Source of the DNA: Ministeria vibrans ATCC 50519 | Lineage: Eukaryota; Protista; Filasterea | Assembly: GCA_943704425.1 (NCBI GenBank) | Contig: CALSCP010000313.1 | Location: 246,410 to 310,409, forward strand | DNA: 64,000 bases | Direction of reading: 5' to 3' | Shown here: positions 1 through 13,762 of the stretch, one piece after another | Layout: each line of letters opens with the position of its first letter | Numbering within the stretch: position 1 is the stretch's first letter | Notes under the pieces: generated by a model | Seen by the model: the letters and a program-made list of their open reading frames with translations, nothing else | What the model was told of the DNA's origin: nothing | Database searches by the model: none | Position numbers and translations under genes: made by a program

Positions 1-172
1 TCTGGTCGATGTAGACACCGTCGAGGTTGTACTCGTGTGTCAGACGCTCCACTGTGTTGCTCATGATATCCTGCCAGTACGCTGTTGTTGGACACATCAC
101 GTTAAATGTGGCGCCACTGCCATACGACTATAATGAGAGAGAGAAGAAGAAGAAAGGGAAGGAGGGAAAGGA

Positions 173-265
<93 letters not shown>

Positions 266-1911
266 GAGAAACAAACAGTGTAATAGATAGAGAGAGGAGG
301 GAGAAAGAAATGTATGATAGATAGAGAGAGAGAGAGGAGGGAGAAAGAAACAAGTCAGAGAGGTGAAGGAGGGTGGTGGTGGGTGAGCATAATGTGAATT
401 ACACAGTCGGGCGCACCTCTTGGTAGTTGGTAAGACCTGTGTCGCCCAAGTTAGCCTTCTTAGGGTACTTGCAGACAAAGCGCGTTGCGTTGTCGCGCTT
501 GTACATGGCCGTGTTAATGTCGTAGATGCGTCCGTTAATGTACGGGAACACACGTACACCGAGTGCCTGAAGTGCCGACACAGCCTCCTACAAAAAAAAA
601 AAAAAAAAAAAAAAAGGCAAAGTTAGTATGAATTAATAGTGTATAGTGTGTGCTCGGTGTGAGAAATACAAAAGAAACGACATGATAAAAAAAATATTAT
701 GAGTGTGCGCGCTCAGCGTGAATGTGTACGCTTTATGGTGTGCGTTCGAAAGTGAGCTTAGCGTGCGCGTGTGTGGATGGATAGACGTGACGAAGGGAAC
801 TGACCTGGAAACCGGGCTTGGGCGGGAAGTACTCTGGGTAGTGAGTATCAAAGGCAATGAGGTCCCACTCGTACCAGTGCAGCGCCAGCGACGTATTGAA
901 GCGCTTCTTGATGGCGCTGACGTGATCGTAGACGACAACAGGGTCGCCTTGGGAGCGGTTAAACACATCGTGTCCTTGCCAATGACTGTTCACCCAGACC
1001 TTCTGCTCAAAGATCCAGGGCGGAAAATCGGCGCGCTCGTAGACGGGTCCAGACGCGACCCACGGGACGGGGCGAGACGAATCGAAGATGAAGGCGCGGT
1101 AGAGCATAGTGAGGTCGTACCAGTCGGCGGCGACATCCGCCACCACGCCAATGGACATGAGGGGGAATGCATTGACGAAGGGCAAGGAGGCGACAAGGCC
1201 CGCCTGTTCGACGGCGCGACTAACTGCAAAGGTGACGGAGGACGAGCTGCCTGCGAGCGACAGACTCTTGGCTGTCGACTCCGCATCGTGTACGCCAAAA
1301 TACAGAGAGGGTCGCGCTGCATTGCCGTTTAAGAGGGCCATGAACTGCATGGTGCAGCCCGACGAAGGGTAGGCGCCCGACCACGACTGGGAGGCAGGCA
1401 GCGTCTCGCCATAGCCGTTGGGGGTGAGCGCGAGGGCGTTCGCCTCCTTCTTGAGGGTCGCCAACGACATAGAAACACTCGTGAGGGCCACCTGCGCTGT
1501 GTTCGTGCTGGTCACACTGAGGCTCTCAAAGCGAACCAGGGCTGTCTTATCGTCGAGTGCGGCCACGACGCTGACATTGAAGGAGAACGAGTCGTGCGCA
1601 ATGTCAACAAAGCTGAGAAGCAGCTTCTGCGTGGCATTGTGACGCGACAGCGCATGCACGCGGCGTGCCGACACGCTGTCACTGCCAATACTGAACGCAG
1701 AGCCGCCCTGAGCAACGAAGCTGGCGGACCACCACTGCAGAGAGCGACTCGACATGAAGTCGTAACCACTTGCCTTCTCCACGACATGTTGCACGGAGAA
1801 GGAGTCCGCATCAAACGCAATCGAGACCAGATCATTCTCGAGAACAACCTCTGCCATGCAAAGGTGCACTGCGACGAGGCAGCACACAGTGATGGAGAGA
1901 ATATGCTTCAT
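1..1911 (-). CDS. Secreted DUF6259-like putative glycoside hydrolase (3 exons visible: 1911-805, 587-417, 127-1; continues off the left edge)
   Basis: Signal peptide MKHILSITVCCLVAVHLCMA. GT-AG splicing joins LHWYEWDLIAFDTHYPEYFPPKPGFQ / GVRVFPYINGRIYD / MCPTTAYWQD...DGVYIDQ, which resembles bacterial DUF6259 TIM-barrel GH-like proteins. Confidence 0.7.
178..262. repeat. (GA)n microsatellite in intron
   Basis: Direct sequence; lies inside intron 128-416. Confidence 0.95.
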
Positions 1912-2193
1912 ATAAAAAACAACAATAGCAAAGAAAAAAAAAATAATAATAATAATAATAATAATAACGATTTACACTGTTGAATAATTCAATACGGAGC
2001 AATCCGTAGTGTTAAAGTGTTTCAGCGTTGTGAGCCATTTAATTAAGTGATTTTTAAAAGATGTACAAGTCAAATGTAGAGGATTATTACAGGAAGGCTC
2101 CTCGGGAGTCGGGCTTTTTCAATGCCTGGTTTGGGCACAGATACACACAGCTGAAACAATTAAATTCTACATATCCTTACAAGACCGATTCAC

Positions 2194-2648
2194 TCAAAAG
2201 TACATGACGGTGGCCGAGTCGTAGAGACGCGACAGAGGCCAGGCACGAATGATGGTGAGTTCACCAATACAAATGCCCTGTTCACAAGCTGGAAAGCTCG
2301 CACGAGCACGGCGCATGAGCTTGAGGCGGGCCACCTTGGCCTTGCTTTGAGGCGCGAGTGTCTCGAGTGCCTCCAGCAGGATGAACGCCTCCATAAACAA
2401 AAGACGCGCGTGCTTCTCTATGGGGAAGTCACGGTCGAGCCTGGGCGAGGGAACCTTCATGAGGGCGCGTTCGGCGCGTCGTGATAACACAGACGCAAGC
2501 AACATGAGTGCGTCCGTGTCCACTGTCGCACTCGTCGTCTCGTTGACCAACGTCAAGTCGGTGCCATGCGAGTAATTTGCACGAGCGAGTCCCAGACGGA
2601 GAACAAGCTCAGCGTCAATCAGGTTACCTGTAAAACGTTTAAATCAAC

Positions 2649-2720
<72 letters not shown>

Positions 2721-3109
2721 CTTTGAGGTGTGTGTGACTTTGAGGTGTGTGTGACTTTGTGGTGTGTGTGTGACTTTGTGGTGTGCGTGTATGTGGCGTG
2801 TGTTTGTGGTGTGTGTCTGTGGTGTGTGTCTGTGGTGTGTGTCTGTGGTGTGTGTCAGTGGTGTGCGTCTGTGGTGTGTGTGAGGGGTCGAAGAGAAGTG
2901 TGAGAGTTTGGCGACGTACTGCTTTTGAATAGAGAAAGAGCAGTGCCCACAAAGTCGCCTTGGTCGTCGATTGCAACCGAAAAGAGAGACAATACGCTGC
3001 GTGGGATATGGAATGGCACATCGGAGGCGCTGGTGCTGGCATGGCAGAGCGCGAGCGTCGTCAGGAGCGCCAAGCAAAGCCCCACAGTCCATCTTGGGGT
3101 TCCGGGCAT
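2194..3109 (-). CDS. Uncharacterised secreted protein, ~207 aa (exons 3109-2920 and 2627-2194)
   Basis: Signal-like start MPGTPRWTVGLCLALLTTLALCHA. A phase-1 GT-AG intron (2919-2628) joins in frame to NLIDAELVLRLG...VMYF*. No family recognised. Confidence 0.6.
2651..2880. repeat. (GT)n grading into complex GTGTGACTTTGTG / GTGTGTCTGTG minisatellite in intron
   Basis: Direct sequence. Confidence 0.9.
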
Positions 3110-3434
3110 CAGTCACCACAGCAAAAAAGGCTTCAAAGCAAAACAATAATGACGGAGGAGCCGAGCAGAAGATAAAATGTAAATACAATTGCCAATCAGG
3201 TGTTGACTGAATGAAGGTAACAAGAAAAAAGAATTGAGAAATTATTTGAAGTTGGATCAACAATCGACAACTCGTAAAGATCATTTTAGCAAATCCACTG
3301 ATCGTCTGGTGCATTCAAGAGAATCAAGAAATGCGGCATAGTGGAGGAAAATGGATTAAATGGTACACTTGATTATAGTTATTTATGAATTTTTTTAATA
3401 AAATATATCATACAAGAATTACAACGACGACAGG

Positions 3435-4581
3435 TTAGTGACTCCACATGCACAGAAGACAAAGACGGATGGCGGTTAGAAAGCGATTGGCACTGCGGGC
3501 AAAGGGGCGGAGTGCGTCGACAGTCGCAAAGGAGCTCTCGATGGTCTCGTAGAGGAGCGTCACGTCGGCCGGCGACCAATGCACCGCCTGTAGCGGCTCA
3601 ATCAGCTTTTCCACCATGTCAATAAAAAGGTCGCGCACTTCGGAACGCTGCGACAAACCATTGGCAAGACCAAAAAGAGAGCGCACGTATGATTTGAAGT
3701 CACGCTCAAACCCTGAAAAAGCCGCTTCGCGCTGCGACCGCTGAAAGGCAACGCGACACACATCACGCTGTTCTCCAAGCACGGTACGGTCGTTGCTGAC
3801 GACATAGCGCAGCTCACGCAACTCTCGCAGCAACTCGTCGTCGAGGTCCTCGCCAGGTGGCCTTCGCGCGTCTCGCCACAGAGCCATCAGTGAGTTGGTG
3901 CAGTGCATGAGCGCGTCAAAGCTCAGTCGCATCAGCTTTCGTTTGCTCGTGTCCACTCGATGGGCACAGAGGAACACAATGCGTGCGTACTCACTACAAC
4001 AACAAAGCAGGTCAGTCACACCGCTCGACGTGTGTGTTGGCGTACTCGGCGAGCGTCGTGGGAAGCGCGAAAGCCGACTCAATGAGCTCTGCCGAGCCCA
4101 GATGCAAGTCCTCGGTCGCCTTGAAGACCCGCTTGATGTTGTCAAACTGCCGCTGACAGCTCAGCAGAGAGACGTGTGTCTTCTCGCTGACGTCGTCCAG
4201 GTCTTTCCGTAGCCTCGACGACAGCTTCTTCCCCAGCAGTTCACGCACAACAGATTCGTCCATCGAGTAATATCTGTGTGTTGCGACGACAGTGAACAAA
4301 AGACAAAAAAGTGGAAACAATTTTTTTTTTTTTTTTTTTTTTTTTTCGCTGTTCTGTGGTCAATTCTGAACGAACCTTTCGAGTAGTTTTGCCGAGACCG
4401 AGTCGGAGATTGGGATGATGATTTGCGTGCGCAAGAGCGACGGTTCGTGGAGGAAGCGGGCGAGGACATTGAAGAGACGATGCTGATCAGTCGCAGCGTC
4501 GTCGGTGGGCTGCGCGCCGCACAGCCACTCTTCGAACACATCCATGTCTATATACGGGGGGTCTAAGACGAAAACATTCAT
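3435..4581 (-). CDS. FIBP: Acidic FGF intracellular-binding protein (exons 4581-4376, 4273-4046, 3993-3435)
   Basis: RYYSMDESVVRELLGKKLSSRLRKDLDDVSEKT...SCQRQFDNIKRVFK and RDLFIDMVEKLIEP closely match FIBP. Confidence 0.93.
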
Positions 4582-4704
4582 AGCGACCAAGTAAGAAGGT
4601 AATATTCTATTTAATGTATTTGTTGGTCTTGACTTGACTGAATGAGTCTCAACAACAATTGATTAATCACCAATGGCACTCTATTTCTCCAACAGCCCCT
4701 GATC

Positions 4705-7700
4705 ATGTCGGGAGACAGTGGTCTATGCCACTATTTCCTGGTGTTGGGTCCCAGCAACGAGCAAGGGTCGATAGCATCGGAATCGTAAGACAACAACAGA
4801 AAAAAAAAAGAAAAAAAAAAGATGATAAAAGAGCAAACGAACGTTGTTTTGGGTGACAGGCGGTCAAGCGGCAGTGCGAGCGAGACGTCACTTAAGACAG
4901 TGGACGACGATGCAAACGAAGGCGAGGCGGTTGTGGATCTGCGCGTTGTGGGCGTTGGAAAGCCATCGCCCGACCACTTTGCTCTGGTCGGTGAACTCGG
5001 CAACGGCACGACAATGTGGGCACGCCGTCGGGCCGACTCGCCGCCCGCCACGCCCCTGCAACAGCAGCAGCGATTGGTTGCCGGTGGAGCGCCCGCGTCG
5101 CCGCTTGAGGTGCACCCCACGCCGATTACAGCGCTTGTTTACGCCGTGGTCGCCGCCGACCGCGTCCCTGGCATTGTCGACATTGTCACCTTCCTCCACG
5201 CCCACGACGCCATTGTGGCCGACTGCAAGAAGCTGCGTGCCATCGAAACAGACTCAAATGCCCTCTATGCACTTGCGACCTCCCTCAGCGCGTCCACACA
5301 CATACTTTGTGCGGCGACCAAGACGGCCGCCGATCTCCTCGATGGCTCGCCGCGCTTTCGCAACGTTTGGTCGAGTGCAAGCAAGGAACTAGCTTCTCGA
5401 ATCGGCGCTCTGCTTGAAGGTATCAAAGACATGGCCAAGACAGCGAGCGCCCTGGAGCGCGAGAAGACGCGGCGCACCAAAGAGACCGACGTGGAGGCAG
5501 ATGCGAATGACGCTCAGAGTGTCAATGTCGACACAACCACTCTCGCATCAAAGGGTTCACCACCTGCGGTTCAACCAACCACATCGCCCTCGCGTCGCAG
5601 GAGTGCTCCTTATCCCACCGGTCGAGGGGGCGCCCATCGCGCTTACGCGAGTCACGACGTCGACCTCAGTCACATTGTGGCGCAGTCGCGGCAGCGTCGC
5701 TTCCAATCGGCCATTACCGCGCTCGTGCAAACATCGACGCGCGCCGCTGCCCTTGCCCGTCGAACCGCCCTTCCTGCCACATTGCGTCATCTTTTGCTCG
5801 TCCCGCGCCCCGCACGCCTCCATCCATCGCAGCCTGACAGTGTTCTCGTTGCGTTTTACTGCTCACGCGTTGCTGGCGTGCCTCCCATTGACAATATCTT
5901 AATCTCGAGTGTGCCGCCACAGTCGAGCGATCGCGTTCGCCAACAGAGTGCCGAGCTGGGTCTCGCCGCCGTGACCATCTCTGCCGCCGCAGTTACTGTC
6001 CACACCCCAGCCGCGGAGGCCTCGGTGCCCCTGCTGGAGTCAGGCTACACGCCAATTCAGCGCGTTACACGCCCTTTCCTGACGGTCACCATCACACCAC
6101 AAAACGAACGTCACACGTCGTCGTCGGCCAAAACTGACGACGAACTCATTCGCGGTAGCACAAGTACCCTCTTTGACGACGGGTTGTCGGCCACAATGGC
6201 AAGTCGGATCGATAGCGACGATGACGAAGATCGGGATGGCACTGGCGAAAAAGATATTGATGGTGGCGATGACGAGAGCGAAACATCCGATGACTTTGAC
6301 GACGAGTCTGAATTACGCCTGCGCGACTTTGCCACCTGCGACCAGCTGGCAACGGACCTACCGATTTGGATCAGCGTGTACGGGGCACGCCGTGGCCCGG
6401 TGGACGCCAGTGAGGACACCCCCGATGCGCCCATTGACGCTGTCATCCTAGACCGCTACCCGCCCCACGACGACGCGGAGGACCACCCACTTCCGCAAGC
6501 AGTGCACCATTTTTGTATGCCTCAAGGGTGTCTGGTGCTGCGCGCGCCTCGACCAGCGAGTCACCACGCCTTTGTGCTCACCGACTCCTACGGTGCTCGT
6601 CTCTACGGCCATTGTCTCACCTTTTTCACTCAATTTGATACAACCACGCCAGAAAACGACGACGGCGACGCCAATGAGGGTGGCAAACGTTTGCACGGAC
6701 TTCGTCCTCGCTCCGCCAATCGACCCTCGTCCATGTCACACGAGCCATCGCATCATCAGCAGCAGCAAGAACACGTGCGTTACGTCGCGCGATGTCTTTG
6801 CATCGTCTCGCAACTGCCCCTCTACGCCTCCTTTCAACGCTACCTCGAGGTGCTTCATCGTCAGATGGAGGCCAACAGCGACCTTCCGCTTGAGCGCTAT
6901 ATTTGCAACCTGTTTGAGGCACCCCTTCCACCGCCCGGCCGAATGACCGTCCAGGTGTCTCTTGGTCGCGAGGGTGTGTGGTTCTCGCGTCCGCCCATCA
7001 ACGACTTTCCCATGGCCGACTTTTCCTTCTTGCCGCTCTTTTTTGCCTTTGACATCGACACCGTCGTGCTTCTCGTCACGCTTGCTCTCCTGGAGAAGAA
7101 ACTTATCTTCACATGCGCCAACATTGGCTTGTTGACACCCATCATCGAGGCGGTGTGCGCACTTCTCTTTCCCTTTCGATGGCAGCATGTCTTCATTCCC
7201 GTCTGTCCTCCGCTGCTTCTCGACCTTCTGCACGCACCCGTACCCTTTATTCTGGGCTTCCCGTCCGTTGTGGTTGCCGAGCTTCTTGAAACACTTCCGC
7301 CCGACGTGTACGTTGTCGACATTGACCACAGCTGCGTCTATCGTCGGCGCACTCAGCAAGAAATTGATGCACTTGCCAACCCCACGTCGGGCACCGACGA
7401 GTTCTTTCTGTTCAGGCGACTCCTGGGCAACTCGGCGGCCCCATCGCCAGCCCCGGCCGCTACCACGGCATCGTCCGCACGACGTGCCTCCGTTGCGTCG
7501 CTTGATTTTGGCTCGGATGTTGGCAGCAACGACACCTCGGCGATGGCACACAGCTCGCCACCGCTCTCTTCGGCTCACAGTCACGTTGGCTCGCCCAAGT
7601 CTGTCGCCCGTCGACCCATGTCGTCGTCTTTCTCTTTGCCCGCCTCTGAGCTGAGCGCACGCTCAACGTTGTCCGCAACGGCCAACTCAGCACAAGTGTC

Positions 7701-10700
7701 TGGGCCCACTGTTCCCATGCCCACTTTGACCACGAACGTCTCGGGTGGCATTGCCAAGTCTGCGACCAATCTGGCAGTGTCAGAGGCCACGGCTGCCGCT
7801 GGTGCGCCACCCTCCTCCAACACGACGACGGTCAGCGAGGCTGGGCCCGTTCCGTACGAGTTGCCCGACGACATGGTTCTATGCACCGTTGACAATCCCC
7901 AAGTGCTGCCACTCGATGCGTTGCGACGCCTTCGATCGGTCCTGTCGCGAGCAGACGGAGCCGAAGGGTTGTTTCAGCGATGCTACGCACAACGCGAACA
8001 GGCCTGGCGCCACTGCTATGCCGACCCGACGCGAGTTGTGCTCAGCGGTAGCGCTGCCGATGTGGCTGCCTACCGCCGAACGCGTATTTTACGCGAGGCT
8101 TTTCTCGAGCTGTTCGTTACGACGCTGTACAACTACCGCGATCACCTTGTGCTGCCGACGGAGGAAAGTATCGCCCAATACAATCTCGATGACATCGATA
8201 CGCTCTTCAACAAGGAGGGCTTTCTCAAGGAGCAGCTTGCCAGCAGCCAGCCGTTTGTCGAGCGTCTCATGCGCCGTCAGGCATTTGCGCGCTTCATTGA
8301 GGAGCGTATGGATTTCAGCACGCGCGACCACGAGTTTCTCTTTTTCGACTCCTGCATCGATCACGTCAAGAAGGGGTTTCTGGGACGTGCACACAGCAAA
8401 GAGGGACGCGGACACGGCGGTGCAGCAGGCGCAGCTGCGACCGAGGACAATATCGGTATTGGTGTTGCACCGCCACCCGATCGTCACGACATCATGTACC
8501 GAACCTACCGTGTGCCAGCACCCGACACGGTGGGACTAGAGCCAGGCGTCACGTATCCTTTTGATGTGTCGCACGGATTTGGTCACTCGCTTTTTGTACC
8601 GCTTCGACGTCACGTGATTAGCCTGCGCACCCGCGGCACTGCCGCCGCTCTGACACTCTCGTCGTCGTCGAATATGTCGGTCTCGTCGCGCACTCTTTCT
8701 GACGTGACCTCCACAGACACTGCCGACGCGGACAACAACTCATTCGCCAACACTGGTAGCACACTACCTGCGTCGCGTGCCTCACTTCTGCAACTGCCTC
8801 CGACCTCGGTGAGCGGCTCCATTCGACTGCGCTCCGCGTCGTTTGGTTTGCAATCGAGCCATCAACAGGTGCGTTCGCAGTCACAACCACAAACGACACA
8901 GTCAATGCAATCTCCGACGACACAAAGCGGACCGCTTCACGCGTTGCCCACACCCGACACGCTCTTGCCCGTGGAGCCGTTGCGCGACGCCGATGCAACC
9001 GCGCGCAGCATGATGCGTGCCGTCTACACCACATGGTTTCTCATCTTTGCTGCACACGTGCCCCTGACGGCACGCCCCGACCGCGAAATTGACAAGGCTT
9101 TTGTGGTTCTGTCGTCGATGCGTGCACGCGGCCTCTCGCCCGACGAAGTCATTTTCCGACATCTGCTACAGGCGTGCTCCGTGTCTGGTTTGGGCAGGCA
9201 AGCCAAGGTGCTCTTTCGCCTGCTTAGTGTCGAGGGTATTGCACCCAACGCCGTTATCACTGGCTTGTTTGTACGTGCCGTAGCAATGGAACGTGATCGA
9301 CAGGCACAACAACAACAACAACAGCAGCAGCAGCAGCAGCAGCAGCAGACGGTAGTCGAAACCGGGGGCGACAACAGCGAGTCGGCTAGTCATCGTTCGG
9401 TACCCGTTTCACCACAGCCGTCAGCGCGATCGTCGCTACCCTTCACATTTCTTGAGGACACTGTCAACTGGCTGACGACACCCGAACGGCTTGAGCGGTG
9501 TGCTCTCGAGTCACGACAACGGTGCCCGTCATGCCACCATCGATGCACCGACACGGCGGTGCTGGGCGGCTGGGCACGGTCGCGTCAACCGTTCAAGTCT
9601 CAGTGTCTGCGTTGCGGTGCGCTATTTATGCCGGTGCTTCGCTGGTCATTCGGTACGCTGGATTCATCGAGTTCGTCCACGTCGTCCTCTGCGCGCTCTC
9701 GTCCAAGCTCGCCGCCACCGTCGTCATCATCCAATACTACCGCCAGCACTGCTACTGCTGGTGCGCCTGCTGCCATGAGTGCTGCGGAAATGAGTGGCGC
9801 CTGTCCCTACTTGAGCCCACGCGATCTCCTCAAGGAAGTCGAGTTGTTGTTGTATCAGCCAGCGGAGTTTCGCAAGTCTCGCTCGCAGCTTCGTCGCGAG
9901 CAGCCCGTCATCTTCTGGAACATACAGTGGTATTTCTCTACGACGCGTCTGCCCTGGTCTCGACTGCAACTTGTGCAGTTAGGTACACTGGGTCGTGCCT
10001 CGGCGCTCGCCGATGTCGACCAGACGCTGCGTCTCATTGCACGTCCTGAGACCGCCTCGGCATCAATGTTTTACACGAGCAACGCGTCGTCGTCCGCCTC
10101 TGTAACGGCTACCACAGCAGTAGCAACAACAGCGGGGAGTAGTACAACACCATCGGTAGCGGGAGCGGCAACCGGGGCAGGCACACCGGCGGGACGTGGT
10201 GCTGGTGTGACACCAGCGGCCATTTCTACACCCGTTGCCAGTCCCAATGCATTTTCATCGTCGAGTACGCGCTCGCGTGCGCAACAGCGACAACTCGTGG
10301 TCTCCAGTGGCTCAACGGGTGCTCCACTTGGCTTCAAATTCTCAGGCTCGACCGTTCCTCGACTGCACACTGTGGATTTCTCGCCTTCCGCTGCTGGAGC
10401 ATCTTCGTCTACCACGGCGGGAGTGAACGCCGCGGGCAGTGGGGCTGGTGCGCTTAACGAATCGTCGTTAGGCTTGCTACAGCAGCCGCAACAGCGACTG
10501 GGGTTGAACACGTCGACGAGCACGCTCGGACCGGGACCGCCGCCTGCAGCTGCCTACGGGAGCGGTCCCTTGTCGGCGTCCGACACGATGATGGCCACCA
10601 ACTCTACAGTGCCTACCAGTATTGCCAGCCTTGAGCGCGCCCGCTGGAAGTACGTCTGTCGTAGCTATCAGCCCGACAAACGTGTGATGCGCGTAAGGAG

Positions 10701-11083
10701 ACAGGGACAAATCCCAATAATCCCGTGTGTTTTTTTTATTATTATGTCGTTTAGTGATTTTTATAGTACTGAATCATATTATTATAGATTGACTTGCGTG
10801 TTGGTGCCCTGAACTGTCGACTGTCCGGGGTGCCTTTGCGATATGTACATACGGCGACGAGCGAGTGGGAGGCACAGCTACAGAGCAAATTGCGGTCGCA
10901 ACATGCAACGGGGCGTCTCGGTCCACTTGCCGAGGAGGTCTGTCTGATGGTTGCTGCGCGCGATCTGCTCAACGCCGCCAAGGTGTTTTTGTCGGGCCGC
11001 TTAGTTGCACGCCGCGATGGCGCCATGAGCGGCGGAGGCTTTCTTCCTAAATGGTTTCAGGTATGATTTGTATACGTATCATC

Positions 11084-11123
<40 letters not shown>

Positions 11124-11569
11124 GCGTGTGGATTTGTTATATGTGCGTGTGAGAATACGTTTCATTATAATGATAATTATGATTATTTTTGTGTATTTGT
11201 GTGTATATTGGGTGATTATATTATTTTGTTGATTTTTTTTTTTTCTGTTTGTCTTGTGCGTGTAGAGTCCAATGTACACTGCGCTGCTCTCCGTTGCTGG
11301 ACCACATTTGTATGCAACTGAGCGTGCATTTTACGAGGCGTACCGTGCCGTGTCGCGCGAGCACTTTGGGGCTATTGACGGGTTTGCAGTCGAACTGGTA
11401 AGGACGCGCTTGATTGAAACTCACCTGCTGAGTACGTGTTCTCTGTTAGGATTCTGCGGTGGGGGAGGAGCTTGTGGCGTTTCGCACGTGGTTTCGTCAC
11501 TTGCGACCGGCGCTTCTGTCGCCGTGGTCGGCTATGCCGGACAATGTTCGATTTGAGTGGGCTTTGTAG
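4705..11569 (+). CDS. DENND4: DENND4/CRAG-like Rab GEF (MABP-like, DENN, dDENN, PPR, C-terminal CxxC region)
   Basis: Exon 1 (4705-4784) encodes CHYFLVLG. The large exon 4860-~10691 has FVLTDSYGARLYGHCLTF, LLFPFRWQHVFIP, APVPFILG, QAFARFIEER and PPR-like PDEVIFRHLLQAC. Three short 3' exons end at TAG 11567-11569. Confidence 0.85.
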
Positions 11570-11797
11570 CGACAGAACAGATTATACATCACTTTGTTGT
11601 AAATTCTCAGAATAATGATTATTGCTCTTGAACATAATTATTAATATTATTATGATTCATTATGAATAAGTATTAAAGTTAAAGTTAAAACAGTTTTTAT
11701 TTTCTTGCCTGGTATTCTGGATAGACAGGTTGAAGAGAGCCGTTCACGCAAGCGGTCCGTTTGGGGTGAAGCGCATCGTGCACAGTGACAGAGGAGC

Positions 11798-12192
11798 ATG
11801 TCGCGCAAGGCCATTGGGCAGATTGTGACGTCCTTCGTGCGCAGGCCCCAGGCTCCCCCAGGCTCGTTTCCGTGCATGCGGGGAGTCGAAAGAGCCCGTA
11901 AGCATGGTAGAATGACGCGAGGGGCTGTACTGATGCGCGCGGGGACTTCTTTTTCCGTCGACGGTTCTAGACACGTTTGTGAATGCGCTCAAGCCCTACG
12001 AGCACACCGTGAAAACCTTCCTTCCTACGAGTGGTGCGATAGAGCCATGCGCAACGCACCGATACCCCATTTGACTGTTGTGTGTAGACGATAGAGAGTC
12101 ACTTCGGAAGGCACTTGAGGCGAACTATCCCTCGCACGATGTCATGGTCGAGCCGGTCTTCAAGTCGAAAAACGTACGTCGATATGTGGACA

Positions 12193-12234
<42 letters not shown>

Positions 12235-13710
12235 TGTGTAATGTGTATGTATGTGTGTCTTTGTGGGGTGTGTGCGTGTGTTTGCGAAGACATGTGTGCT
12301 TAATGATTGTGTTTGTGATGTTCGCATACTGCTGTATTTTTGGTCTGCGTGCGTCGAGTACATTTTGTGTTTTCAACATGTCCGTGTTTTCTCTGTTGTT
12401 TTCTCACAATTAATTTTAACACAATAATAATAATTATTATTATGATCACTCTTTCTCCCTAGAAATCCTTGAAGGTTGACTTTTCTCGTTCCATGGTCAA
12501 TAAGTTGTTCACAATTGTTCAAAAACGCATGCACAATCAGAGAGATGGAGTGCACATCGAGCCACGCACAGGTGGGTTGACCGTGGGAGAGCATCTTACT
12601 GTTTTGCAACTCATCGCTACACATTGCACAGGGACTGTTGTGGTCGCGGGATTGCCCGGCTCTTTTGCGCTCTTGCGCACCTTTACCCGCAAATCTCTGT
12701 GCGCTACTGTCTCTGGCACTTACGGATCGGATGCCGTCACCTTTGACTATCTTCTCACTGATTGGGAGTACCATGTGCGATGAACAATGCAATGTGTGGC
12801 CGCTGAACTGGTGCTCTTGTAGTACATCCGCCAGGGCGCAGGTAGCGACTGGCGCTCGCGAGATGCCGTCTACGTTGAGATGTTTTACAAAATGGAACAA
12901 CTCGCTGAACTTGATCCTATGCTTTTTCTGAAAAGGACACGCGCTTCTTCATCGGTAAAATGATATTATTTAGTATCTGTGCGTCGTTGCTTAGTGTGTG
13001 TGTGTTAGTGTCTTTGTGGTGGGTGTTTGTGAGTGAGTAAGTGAGTGTGTGCTTTTTGTGTCTGTGTGTTGGTGCGCTTGAGCCTGGCTCGGTGTGTGAT
13101 AATGATGATGTTGTTCCTATAGTTCGTGCCTGACGGTCCTATGCACCTTGTGCGTTTTTCGTATGCGCACCATTTCTCACCGCTCAGCAGTACGTCTCAC
13201 TTGTTCCATGCACTCTTCTTTCTCGCTGACTTTGATTTGTGTAGCGTATACCACGCGCCACTTTCAGGTGTTCCTGCGGCAGATATTTCGGTCAGCATGG
13301 TATACCACGGGGTGTGCGAACGAGAAAATGCCTTCTCTAGGCGAAGCATTGAGGTATGACGGTAGATAGAAGAGTAAGAGAGAAGGAGGGAGAACCAAGC
13401 AAAGCGCGAGAAGAGGGACGAAGAATCGAGAGGAACGAAGAAGAAAGAACCGAAGGGGTAGAAATAGATAGGGTCAGAGAGGAGAGAATTGTAGTGCGCA
13501 TGAGGGAGCAACATACTTTGTACGTATGCTAATATGTTGCTTGTGCAGTCGCATACATCCCAACATGACAGATATTCTGGGGGACTGTGATGTCGACATG
13601 AGCCAGCGCGCGCTGAATGTGTCGGGCACCGAACTCCTTGAAATTATGGCCAAGTACGATTCCACCTTCCTGCGCAACTCTTTCGTAGACGAAGAAAGTA
13701 TTGAGATGTA
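11798..13710 (+). CDS. Degenerate KsgA/Dim1-family protein, mitochondrial transcription factor B (Mtf1/TFB)-like; multi-exon
   Basis: Spliced motifs VVVAGLPG, SSFVPDGPMHLVRFS (cf. AFxPxPKVDSAVVRL) and FQVFLRQIF...SLGEALS...QRALNVSGTELLEI. No GxGxG motif seen; the start codon is uncertain. Confidence 0.55.
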
Positions 13711-13762
13711 AATGAATTATAATATAGATTAAGTGTGTATTTATTTTGTTCCCATTGGCAAG

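Noticed and set aside
27-559. ORF-track poly-ER/LS/HT/CV ORFs here and at other microsatellites and N gaps
   Set aside because: They are translations of intronic repeats or gaps, not genes.
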